From assembly GCA_950079155.1 (NCBI GenBank), contig CATMWH010000001.1:194982-258981 (forward strand): a stretch of DNA of 64,000 nucleotides, written 5' to 3'. A program made the translations under genes and the position numbers. The DNA is from an uncultured Christensenella sp. (lineage in GTDB: Bacteria > Bacillota > Clostridia > Christensenellales > UBA3700). The notes under the pieces were generated by a model. That model worked only from the letters and a program-made list of their open reading frames with translations. It made no database searches and was not told where the DNA came from. Shown here piece after piece: positions 56,324 to 64,000 of this stretch; positions within the stretch are counted from its first letter, which is position 1, and the number at the start of each line of letters is the position of its first letter.

Positions 56324-57577
56324 TTAAATCAATTTGTTTAAGTCGCACTTTGGTTTCTTACCGACGTAAGCGAGGCTTGCTTTTGACAAGTCGTAGGTAT
56401 ACTCAATGACTTCTTTTGTTTGCTCCAACGTTATGGAGTCAATCTCTTTGAGTTTTTCGTCAATGTCAAAAACTCTGTCTGTAAACAAGACGTTCTTTGC
56501 ATTGACTCTCATCATTACTCCATTGCTCTCCTGCCCGAGCACATAATTACCTTTAAGTTGAGCAATTCCCCTTTCCAACTCTTTTTTCGTCAATCCGTTC
56601 TTTCGTAAATCTTCAATAAGTTCTAAAGTACAGTCTACGGCTTTTTTGACAGATTCGACGTTAGTACCGATATACAACGACATTACGCCGTTGTTTACAT
56701 AAGATGAATTATAGGTATAGACATTGTATGCAAGTCCTCTTTTTTCTCTCACTTCTTGGAAAAGTCTAGAACTCATTCCGCCTCCGACGATCGTATTGAC
56801 AAGCGCTTCTGCCATAGTAAGTTTGCTGTCGTATTCAAATGCGGGAAAGGCTATTGCGATATTGGATTGCTCAATATCCTTATATTTATGAAGTACGCTT
56901 CTTTGAGTACTGTGTCGAATATCGTGCCAAGATCTTTTGCAGTTGGAAGAAAATTTGCCTTCAAAATATTTTTCAACAAGTTCTTTTGCCTTGTCAAACT
57001 CAATATGTCCTACTATAGACACGACGCTGCTCTCTGCGCAATAGTTGTTGCCAATATATTCAATCAAATCGTTCCGAGAAAAGTTCTTGACGTTTTCTCT
57101 CTCTCCGAGAATAGTTCTGCCAAGCGGATTATTACCAAAATACCCCTCGGCAAGCATATCCAAAACGACGTCGGAATTATCGTCCTCACACATAGATATT
57201 TCTTCAAGTACAACGCCTTTTTCTCTCTCCATTTCTTCTTTGTCAAAAGTAGATTCAAAGAGTATTTCACTCAATATTTTAAGGCAATTTTCCGCTTCCG
57301 TGTCGATAGATAGCGTATAAAAACAAGTAGTTTGCTTTGAAGTAAAAGCATTTATTTGGGCGCCTATTCCGTCTACGTATTCCACTATCTCAAAAGAAGA
57401 TTTGTCCTTTGTTCCCTTGAAATACATATGCTCTATAAAGTGTGAAATACCATTGTTTTGCGCCGTCTCGTTGCCGCTGCCGACTGCCGTCATAACAGCA
57501 ATCCCCACCGAACGAACGGCGGGCGAATATTTATAAGCAAGCCTGAGCCCGCTGGGAAATCTAAAAATCTTGTTCAT
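56324..57577 (-). CDS. M16-family (pitrilysin/insulinase) zinc peptidase, MlpA/YmxG-like
   Basis: Inverted zinc motif HFIEHMYFKG (HxxEH). Same position as B. subtilis mlpA, downstream of pnp-ylxY. Confidence 0.88.
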   Translation of the reverse strand: MNKIFRFPSGLRLAYKYSPAVRSVGIAVMTAVGSGNETAQNNGISHFIEHMYFKGTKDKSSFEIVEYVDGIGAQINAFTSKQTTCFYTLSIDTEAENCLKILSEILFESTFDKEEMEREKGVVLEEISMCEDDNSDVVLDMLAEGYFGNNPLGRTILGERENVKNFSRNDLIEYIGNNYCAESSVVSIVGHIEFDKAKELVEKYFEGKFSSNCKRSWHDIRHSTQRSVLHKYKDIEQSNIAIAFPAFEYDSKLTMAEALVNTIVGGGMSSRLFQEVREKRGLAYNVYTYNSSYVNNGVMSLYIGTNVESVKKAVDCTLELIEDLRKNGLTKKELERGIAQLKGNYVLGQESNGVMMRVNAKNVLFTDRVFDIDEKLKEIDSITLEQTKEVIEYTYDLSKASLAYVGKKPKCDLNKLI

Positions 57578-57690
57578 AATCTTCCTCTGTCTCTTTTATA
57601 TATGATTATTATAATATAATTATTGTCATTCGTAAAGTATAAATACTGCTTTTGAATTATTTTGTATACTCAAAGTTTTTACTTGCGATA

Positions 57691-58413
57691 TTAAATAATT
57701 TCTTGCGATATTATTTGCGACACCGTCACAGGCATAAGATTATTCTTTTCATAATATGCCAATATTTCACCCAAAGCCGCCAACGTATGCGCAGTAGGGT
57801 GCATAAGTATCATATCTCCCGCGCCTATCTTATTAGTCGCTCTGCTATACACCAACGAACTGTCCTTATCGCGCCAATCTATCGTATCTCTACTCCACAT
57901 AATTACGCTCATACCTTGAGCGTAAGCAACTTTTAGCGTTGTATCGGAAAAACTTCCCGACGGCGGCGCAAATAACGTTATATTATATCCAGTCAGTCCC
58001 TTTACAAGAGTGTTTGTCGATGTTATTTCCGCTTCGTTTTGTTTGGCGTCAAGTTTTGCGTGATCTTTGTGGAAATAACCGTGATTGCCAAGTTCGTGAC
58101 CGCCCTCCAACATCTTGTCGAGATATTCCTTATTCTTTGCAGCCCAACTTCCGCCGACGAAAAATGTAGCTTTTGCGTCGTGCTTGGCAAGCGTCTCAAG
58201 CATACCGTCAATATACTCCGTACCCCAATATACGTTGATCATCAAAGCCACTTCCCCTCTCGAAGTATTGCCCTTATAATAAGGTCTGTCATTGTTTTGC
58301 GTAAATACAAATGAGGAATACTGACCGCTGAAACTCACCAAAGTGAGCGTCAACAGCATTGTGATAATTATTACGTTGGTAATTGCGCTTGCGAATTTAG
58401 ATACTTTCTTCAT
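57691..58413 (-). CDS. Polysaccharide deacetylase family protein (NodB domain, YlxY/PdaB-like sporulation type)
   Basis: N-terminal TM, NodB motifs (ATFFVGG, GHELGNHGYFH, LMHP). Start at ATG 58413 after GAGGTG. Confidence 0.85.
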   Translation of the reverse strand: MKKVSKFASAITNVIIITMLLTLTLVSFSGQYSSFVFTQNNDRPYYKGNTSRGEVALMINVYWGTEYIDGMLETLAKHDAKATFFVGGSWAAKNKEYLDKMLEGGHELGNHGYFHKDHAKLDAKQNEAEITSTNTLVKGLTGYNITLFAPPSGSFSDTTLKVAYAQGMSVIMWSRDTIDWRDKDSSLVYSRATNKIGAGDMILMHPTAHTLAALGEILAYYEKNNLMPVTVSQIISQEII

Positions 58414-58464
58414 ATACACCTCAACAAAATGTATGTCTGAAGACAAGCATTTATGATTAGATAA

Positions 58465-59241
58465 TCAGTAGTAAATTATTTTTGCCTTGCAGCCCTTGCG
58501 CCATCTCTGCATAAACTTTAATTTTTTCAAATGTTTCGGCGCGCGTATTACTTGATTGCGCTTCCAGCCCTTAAAGGCTTCACCGCTCAATCGCTGTTCC
58601 ATAATATTTTCTGGCAGCGTCAACTCTCTGACGGCACTACACCCCTCAAAAGCCCACAGCGATATATCTTTTAAAGAATTTGTCATCTTGACTTCTTTTA
58701 ATGACGTACATCCGCTGAATGCTCGAGTTTCAATATACTTGACAGATTCAGGGATTTCCACGCTCTCCAAATTTTTGCAATTTGAAAAGGCTTCCCTTCC
58801 TATGACGGTTATATCTTTGTCAACAACGTATGACTTATATTCCCCAACATATTTTTCTAAGCATAACCAATTTTTATCGACTTCTTGAGTGACAACCGCC
58901 TCGACTCTCTGTCCGCCGATATACACTTCTTTGAGATTCATCATATAATCAAGGCTCCCTACTTCCAAATAGATATCAGGATTTTCAATATACAATTCTG
59001 TTACATTCATTGTTAAAACAAATGCAGACTTCCTTATTATATCGACAGACATAGGAATATATATAACTTCCGCCCTCGTACAAGATACAGAGTATGAGGC
59101 CAACTCAGTCACGCCATTGGGAATGACAATTTTTTGATTTTGATAATCTCTGCACTTAATTAAAACTCTGTCAACAACTTTAAAATTATCGTTGTCAATA
59201 TTCAAAGTTGTGATATTTTTAGTTACACCGCCGTTTTTCAT
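58465..59241 (-). CDS. Leucine-rich-repeat protein (BspA/TpLRR-type repeats), 258 aa, no signal peptide - paralog 1
   Basis: Repeats of the form IPxSVxxIxxxAFxxCxxLxxV (e.g. VEIPESVKYIETRAFSGCTSLKEV, VIGREAFSNCKNLESV). AAGGAG RBS. Confidence 0.8.
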   Translation of the reverse strand: MKNGGVTKNITTLNIDNDNFKVVDRVLIKCRDYQNQKIVIPNGVTELASYSVSCTRAEVIYIPMSVDIIRKSAFVLTMNVTELYIENPDIYLEVGSLDYMMNLKEVYIGGQRVEAVVTQEVDKNWLCLEKYVGEYKSYVVDKDITVIGREAFSNCKNLESVEIPESVKYIETRAFSGCTSLKEVKMTNSLKDISLWAFEGCSAVRELTLPENIMEQRLSGEAFKGWKRNQVIRAPKHLKKLKFMQRWRKGCKAKIIYY

Positions 59242-59276
59242 AATACTCCTTGTGTTACCGCTTTATACTCAAAATT

Positions 59277-60053
59277 CTAATAATAAATTACTGTTGCCTT
59301 ACAATTCCTTCTCCATTTCTGCAAAAACCTTAACTTTTTAAAATAAAGCGGAACATAAATAGTTTGATTACTTTTCCATCCGTCAAAGGCTCTTTCTCTA
59401 ATAACAAATACCGACTGCGGTATTCTCAACTCTCTGATTGCGCTGCATCCCTCAAACGCGCGCCAACCGATAATACCCAACTTATCAGGCAACTCGACTT
59501 GAGCCAAGGCGCTGCAGTTTAAGAATGCTCTATCGCTGATTTCCTCAACGGATTGCGGAATCACCAATTCTCTTATCGAAAAGCAATTACAGAATGACGC
59601 CTCGCCAATTTTCTTAATATCGCTATCTACGACGTATCTCTCATCCTCGCCAAGATATCTTTCAAGACAATTACCTTGAACGTCTTTTGTTCCGTAACTT
59701 CCTTGCGTAACAATGACCTCGAATTTTTGACCGCCTATATACACCGACTTTAGATTTTCCAAATCGCTGAAACATTCGTTCTGCAATATTATATCTCTGT
59801 TGGCTATGTGTATCTCCTGCAAATTGGGACAAAAACCAAATCCTAATTCTCCGACTTTCGTCACTGACTTAGGCATATAAATACGCTTCATATCAAAACT
59901 ATCAAAAGGATAATCGCCAATCTCTGTCACTCCGTCTGGAATTCTGACATCCTCGCAATCAACTATTCTACAGTTTTCCAAAACTCCGTCGTTTATCCAC
60001 CATTCGTCATTATCAACGTTCAACAACTCAATCTCGTCATTGTTATCTATCAT
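59277..60053 (-). CDS. Leucine-rich-repeat protein (BspA/TpLRR-type repeats), 258 aa, no signal peptide - paralog 2
   Basis: Same length and collinear with paralog 1 (IPDGVTEIGDY.., YIGGQKFEVIVTQ, RAFEGCSAIRELRIPQSV, C-terminus KKLRFLQKWRRNCKATVIYY versus KKLKFMQRWRKGCKAKIIYY). Confidence 0.8.
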   Translation of the reverse strand: MIDNNDEIELLNVDNDEWWINDGVLENCRIVDCEDVRIPDGVTEIGDYPFDSFDMKRIYMPKSVTKVGELGFGFCPNLQEIHIANRDIILQNECFSDLENLKSVYIGGQKFEVIVTQGSYGTKDVQGNCLERYLGEDERYVVDSDIKKIGEASFCNCFSIRELVIPQSVEEISDRAFLNCSALAQVELPDKLGIIGWRAFEGCSAIRELRIPQSVFVIRERAFDGWKSNQTIYVPLYFKKLRFLQKWRRNCKATVIYY

Positions 60054-60169
60054 TTTTTAACCTCGATATTAAGAAGATATAATCATTATAGTATCCATTT
60101 ATATTATTGTCAATAAATATAAAAGAGAGCAATCGCGCGACTGCTCTCTCAATTATTTTGTAGAATTTA

Positions 60170-62254
60170 TTACTTGAGTACTTCCAAAAGTCTCAACGCA
60201 ACGCCCTTGTCGTTGATATCGATTACTTTTACTCTTACCTTGTCGCCGATATTGACTACGTCCTCAACTTTCTCAACTCTCTCTTTCTTGAGTTTTGAAA
60301 TATGAATCATAGCGTCCTTACCGGGAGCAATCTCAACAAATGCGCCAAAGTTCATAATTCTAACTACTCTGCCTTCAAATTCTTCATCGATTTCCGGATC
60401 GTTGGCAATGAGTTCGATAGTCTTCTTTGCCTTTGCGTTCATATCCTCATTGATACCCGATACGAGCACGTTGCCGAAGTCATCTATATCAATCTTTACG
60501 CCGGTCTCATCAATAATCTTGTTGATTACCTTACCGCCGCTGCCGATTACGTCCTTGATCTTATTTGGATCTATGCTGAAAGATACAATCTTTGGAGCAT
60601 ACTTAGACAAAGACTTTTGAGGAGCAGGCAAAACTTCAAGCATCTTGTCAAGAATAAACAATCTGCCCTTTTTAGCCTGAGCCAAAGCCTTGCGCAATAT
60701 CTCTTCGTTGATACCTTTGATTTTGATATCCATTTGGATAGCCGTGATACCGTCTACAGTACCGGCAACCTTGAAGTCCATATCTCCGAAGAAGTCTTCA
60801 AGACCTTGAATATCTGTCAAAACCGAAATCTTAGACTTGTCCTCATTGCTTATAAGTCCCATTGCAACGCCTGCGACCGGTTTCTTGATCGGAACGCCTG
60901 CGTCCATAAGCGCCAAAGTAGATCCGCATACAGAAGCCTGGGACGTAGAGCCGTTGGACGAAATAACTTCGCTTACCGTACGAATAGCGTATGGGAAGGA
61001 CTCTACGGATGGGAGCATTGGCTCCAACGCTCTCTCTGCCAAAGCGCCGTGTCCGATTTCTCTTCTGCCTGGGCTCTTGAGCGGCTTAGCCTCGCCTGTG
61101 CTATAAGGCGGCATATTGTAATGGTGAATATATCTCTTGCATACTTCGTCGTCAAGACCTTCAAGTTTTTGAACTTCGGAAAGACTGCCGAGCGTACATA
61201 TGGTCATAACTTGAGTTTGTCCTCTGGTAAATACGCCGCTGCCGTGAACTCTCGGCAATACGCCGTGCTCGCACCAGATAGGTCTGATTTCTTCAAGACT
61301 TCTTCCGTCGGGTCTGATACCCTTGTCCAAAATCTTTGCTCTTACCTTTGCTTTCTTCATAGCGTACAAGGTCTCTGCGATATCCTTCTTTCCGTCCGGA
61401 AATTGCTCTGCAAAGTGTGAGAATACGTCCTCGTCAAGCGCGTCTTCAGCCTTGTCTCTGTCCTGTCTGTTGAAGTTGTCAAGCACTGCGTCCATCTTCT
61501 TGTCTGCATAAGCCTTGACAGCCTCTTCGATTTCAGCAGTCGGATGATAAAGATTTGGTACAATCTTCTCCTTGCCGATTTGCTTTTGAATATCCTCAAT
61601 AAATGCAACTATCTTCTTGATCTCTTCGTGACCAAACAGGATTGCGCCAATCATCTCTTCTTCAGTGAGTTCGTTTGCGCCTGCCTCAACCATCAAGATA
61701 GCCTCTTTTGTTCCGCTCAAAGACAAGTGAAGTCTTGACTTCTCTCTTTGCTCGGTATTTGGGTTGATAATATACTGTCCGTCTACATATCCAACAATTA
61801 CTGAACCGGTAGGTCCTGCAAAAGGTATATCGGATATGCTCAAAGCAACAGAACTGCCTACCATTGCGTATACTTCTGGCGGAAGATCGGGATCAACCGA
61901 CAAAGCCGTAGCAACTACTGCAACGTCGTTGAAAAATCCCTTTGGGAACAACGGACGGAGCGGTCTGTCTATAAGTCTTGAAGTCAATATAGCCTTGTCG
62001 CTTGCTCTGCCCTCGCGCTTTTTGAAACCGCCAGGAATCTTGCCTACAGAATACATTTTTTCTTCATAATCTACTCCGAGTGGGAAAAAGTCAATTCCGT
62101 CTCTGGGAGTTTTTGCCATAGTCACGTTGACCATTACGGCAGTCTCGCCACATCTTACGATACAACTGCCATTGCTGAGTCCGCAATATGCGCCTGTCTC
62201 AACACTGACTTCTCTACCGCCGACAGTGGTTGTAAAAATCTTTCTATTTATCAT
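60170..62254 (-). CDS. pnp: Polyribonucleotide nucleotidyltransferase (PNPase)
   Basis: Two RNase PH domains, a KH domain (IKDVIGSGGKVINKI) and an S1 domain (GRVVRIMNFGAFVEI). Start at ATG 62254 after GGAGGT plus 7 nt (the track start is a TTG inside the RBS). Confidence 0.96.
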   Translation of the reverse strand: MINRKIFTTTVGGREVSVETGAYCGLSNGSCIVRCGETAVMVNVTMAKTPRDGIDFFPLGVDYEEKMYSVGKIPGGFKKREGRASDKAILTSRLIDRPLRPLFPKGFFNDVAVVATALSVDPDLPPEVYAMVGSSVALSISDIPFAGPTGSVIVGYVDGQYIINPNTEQREKSRLHLSLSGTKEAILMVEAGANELTEEEMIGAILFGHEEIKKIVAFIEDIQKQIGKEKIVPNLYHPTAEIEEAVKAYADKKMDAVLDNFNRQDRDKAEDALDEDVFSHFAEQFPDGKKDIAETLYAMKKAKVRAKILDKGIRPDGRSLEEIRPIWCEHGVLPRVHGSGVFTRGQTQVMTICTLGSLSEVQKLEGLDDEVCKRYIHHYNMPPYSTGEAKPLKSPGRREIGHGALAERALEPMLPSVESFPYAIRTVSEVISSNGSTSQASVCGSTLALMDAGVPIKKPVAGVAMGLISNEDKSKISVLTDIQGLEDFFGDMDFKVAGTVDGITAIQMDIKIKGINEEILRKALAQAKKGRLFILDKMLEVLPAPQKSLSKYAPKIVSFSIDPNKIKDVIGSGGKVINKIIDETGVKIDIDDFGNVLVSGINEDMNAKAKKTIELIANDPEIDEEFEGRVVRIMNFGAFVEIAPGKDAMIHISKLKKERVEKVEDVVNIGDKVRVKVIDINDKGVALRLLEVLK

Positions 62255-62304
62255 CAAACTAACCTCCAATAATTAGTAATTTAATCAAAATTTTAAGTTT
62301 GGCA

Positions 62305-62336
62305 TAAAAATTAGGGGTGTCAAAAGACAACCCTAA
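62305..62336 (-). terminator. rpsO terminator / pnp leader hairpin
   Basis: 11-bp stem (one mismatch) ttagggttgtc/gacacccctaa with a 4-nt loop, followed by T5 on the minus strand. Lies between rpsO and pnp. Confidence 0.7.
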
Positions 62337-62341
62337 ATTTT

Positions 62342-62620
62342 TTACTTTCTGATGCCGAGTTTTGCAATCAATTCACGGTAACGCTCTATGTCGGTATCTT
62401 TTAGGTACTTCAACATACTTCTTCTCTTACCTACCATCTGCAACAAGCCTCTTCTTGAGTGGAAGTCATTCTTGTGCTCTGCAAAGTGGTCGTTGAGTTG
62501 CAAAATTCTCTGCGTCAAGAGCGCGATTTGAACCTCCGGAGATCCGGTATCTCCCTCGTGCTTTGCAAAAGCGTTGATAACTTCTTGTTTGCTCATTTCT
62601 TTTACGTTGATAATTTCCAT
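62342..62620 (-). CDS. rpsO: 30S ribosomal protein S15
   Basis: [60 protein letters not shown] 6 nt before ATG 62620. Confidence 0.95.
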   Translation of the reverse strand: MEIINVKEMSKQEVINAFAKHEGDTGSPEVQIALLTQRILQLNDHFAEHKNDFHSRRGLLQMVGKRRSMLKYLKDTDIERYRELIAKLGIRK

Positions 62621-62807
62621 TTTTAGCCTCCTTTCTTGAAATTATTAATTTAGCGATAGCCAAGTAAGACATCGGAGTCGTTGTCAAACCTAGACTATGT
62701 TACTACGCAGTATCCCTTTGAGATACAATAACATTCTAACACACTTTAATCGCCGTTGCAAGCGATTTATAATTAAAAAATAATAATTATTTTATATCTA
62801 TACTTAC

Positions 62808-63737
62808 TCAACCGTTAAAGTCATCTGCCCACAGCGTTTTGTCGTCGCCAAATTGGAATGAAAATCCTCCGCGCTCTTCATATCTTGCTCCGCCGTCACT
62901 GCTTTTTGTAAACTTGCCATATCCATCAGTGAGAATATCAAAAGAATTGAAATATATCGTTCCTCTCAAGGTATACATCGCGTTGGTTGTGACTATTGGC
63001 CAATGTCCTGCGCCAAAGCCAGGGATAGTGCTGATTGAATACGCCGAATACCTTGCATTATCAGGCAAGATGACTTTGTTGAAATATAGATAAACGTTTT
63101 CTGCGTTGGGAGAGAATTTGTTTTCAACGTTTTGAAAATAGATTCTGTTTTGTAATGAATACGAACTAATTTCTACTGAGATAGAATTATTATTTTGTGA
63201 AATTGTTTTTATTTCAATTTTGACTACAAAATATGTATCCTCATTGTTGCGGGTCATTTTGTACAGAGCATTAATACTTTGGTTACTTAAGTCAATATCA
63301 TAGCCAATTGTTTTGGTATTTGAAACTGAAGCGTAAGGAACTCCACAACGTTTCAAAATTGTTGCCTTGTGTTCTTCAATTGCGTTGAAAAGAGCGGTTT
63401 TTTGTTCGTCTGAAAAGTCTGCTATGTCGGTTGGAAGTTGCGGCTTTTGCTCTTCTCCGCTGCCTATATCTCCGCTTGGCGTTTCGTCACCGCTATTGAT
63501 TTCTTCTCCTGACGTAATTTCGCCGCTTCCGCTATCTCCGCTGACGATTTCTCCACTCGGTGTCTCTTCTCCACTATCGATAACTTCTCCGCTTGAAAGA
63601 TTTCCGCTGTCGACAATTCCGCTTGGGGTCTCTCCGTCAAGCGGAGCGTCATTCTTTACGCATCCCGAAAGCACCACAACGCTGATAATTGCCATCAAAG
63701 CAACTATTATAACAAAGTTTCTCAATATTTTTCTCAT
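62808..63737 (-). CDS. Hypothetical lipoprotein with a Ser/Gly/Glu/Asp repeat linker
   Basis: Signal peptide plus lipobox MRKILRNFVIIVALMAIISVVVLSG|C. About 70 aa of degenerate SG(E/D)xx repeats, then a ~210-aa domain of unknown family. Confidence 0.7.
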   Translation of the reverse strand: MRKILRNFVIIVALMAIISVVVLSGCVKNDAPLDGETPSGIVDSGNLSSGEVIDSGEETPSGEIVSGDSGSGEITSGEEINSGDETPSGDIGSGEEQKPQLPTDIADFSDEQKTALFNAIEEHKATILKRCGVPYASVSNTKTIGYDIDLSNQSINALYKMTRNNEDTYFVVKIEIKTISQNNNSISVEISSYSLQNRIYFQNVENKFSPNAENVYLYFNKVILPDNARYSAYSISTIPGFGAGHWPIVTTNAMYTLRGTIYFNSFDILTDGYGKFTKSSDGGARYEERGGFSFQFGDDKTLWADDFNG

Positions 63738-63766
63738 TAAAACACCTACCTATTATTACGAATTTC

Positions 63767-64000
63767 TTAAGAAAAGAACTTTTCTTTATCTTCAAGCATT
63801 TTATCACGTCTTTGAAGATATACGTCAAGTCCTTTGGGATTCGCAAGCCTCTCTAACCTGTCGCCGTCGAATATCCTTTTGGATATTCCCCCTGCGCCGT
63901 TGGCGATAATGCTTGACACTTCTTCCATAATATGAACATTGTATATACACGCCTTGCCCTTTTTGCAATAACCTACGTTTTCTAAATTACCGCTCATATA
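63767..64000 (-). CDS. C-terminal ~77 codons of a HemN/HemZ-like radical-SAM (coproporphyrinogen dehydrogenase family) protein; the gene starts beyond the right edge
   Basis: The frame is open to the window edge. The tail ..IIANGAGGISKRIF..RLERLANPKGLDVYLQRRDKMLEDKEKFF resembles the HemN_C end of HemZ-type proteins. From recollection only. Confidence 0.45.
   Translation of the reverse strand, partial: YMSGNLENVGYCKKGKACIYNVHIMEEVSSIIANGAGGISKRIFDGDRLERLANPKGLDVYLQRRDKMLEDKEKFFS

Noticed and set aside
60302-61420. Very long antisense ORFs opposite core genes: 372 aa opposite pnp, 241 aa at 27700..28425 opposite ispH::S1, 226 aa at 54107..54787 opposite ftsK, 202 aa at 33395..34003, and 189 aa at 46872..47441.
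   Set aside because: The three I checked (pnp, ispH::S1, ftsK) start in the same triplet phase as the sense gene (start coordinates are congruent mod 3). Antisense stops therefore arise only from sense TTA/CTA/TCA codons, which these highly expressed genes avoid. The products are low-complexity, with no RBS and often non-ATG starts. This is a codon-usage artefact, not overlapping genes.

Overview
The window looks like a low-GC chromosomal segment from a spore-forming Firmicutes/Clostridia-type organism. I support 59 protein genes, 55 on the minus strand, plus one candidate small ORF, a six-tRNA operon and a Phe T-box leader. Most of it is conserved core in Bacillus/Clostridium-like order. From left to right: mutS(partial)-miaB, PBP1A, nifS-thiI, mutS2, U32 peptidase, pheST, yunB-like, spoIIAA-spoIIAB-sigF-spoVAC/AD/AE, ispH::rpsA, cmk::plsC, surE, a Na+-decarboxylase/transcarboxylase-like operon, rluB, two DD-carboxypeptidases, ytfIJ, scpAB, rny, recA, cinA, rimO, pgsA, ftsK, M16 peptidase, ylxY-like deacetylase, pnp and rpsO. 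The only clearly accessory stretch is about 20.6-26.9 kb, between the spoIIA operon and the tRNA operon. It has no integrase or transposase. It does carry two self-contained regulator-plus-membrane-protein cassettes with readable promoter/operator architecture: an XRE switch at 20.7-21.7 kb and an HTH plus 363-aa three-TM protein at 24.2-25.8 kb. I rank these two cassettes as the best candidates for an undescribed small system, but I cannot assign a function from sequence alone. I see no CRISPR array, no hallmark domains of known defence systems (nuclease, helicase, RT, STAND ATPase), no rRNA and no transposable element. Other points worth a second look:
- a hybrid 12S+5S carboxyltransferase / Na+-pump operon with a divergent CoA-carboxyltransferase
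- a receiver-less Spo0A effector-domain protein
- a tandem pair of cytoplasmic LRR paralogs inserted into the rpsO-pnp-ylxY-mlpA block
- a cmk::plsC fusion
- a GNAT gene bracketed by copies of the tRNA-operon terminator
- a 33-codon ORF coupled to spoVAC
All functional calls come from motif recognition by eye. No database search, GC calculation or structure prediction could be run.
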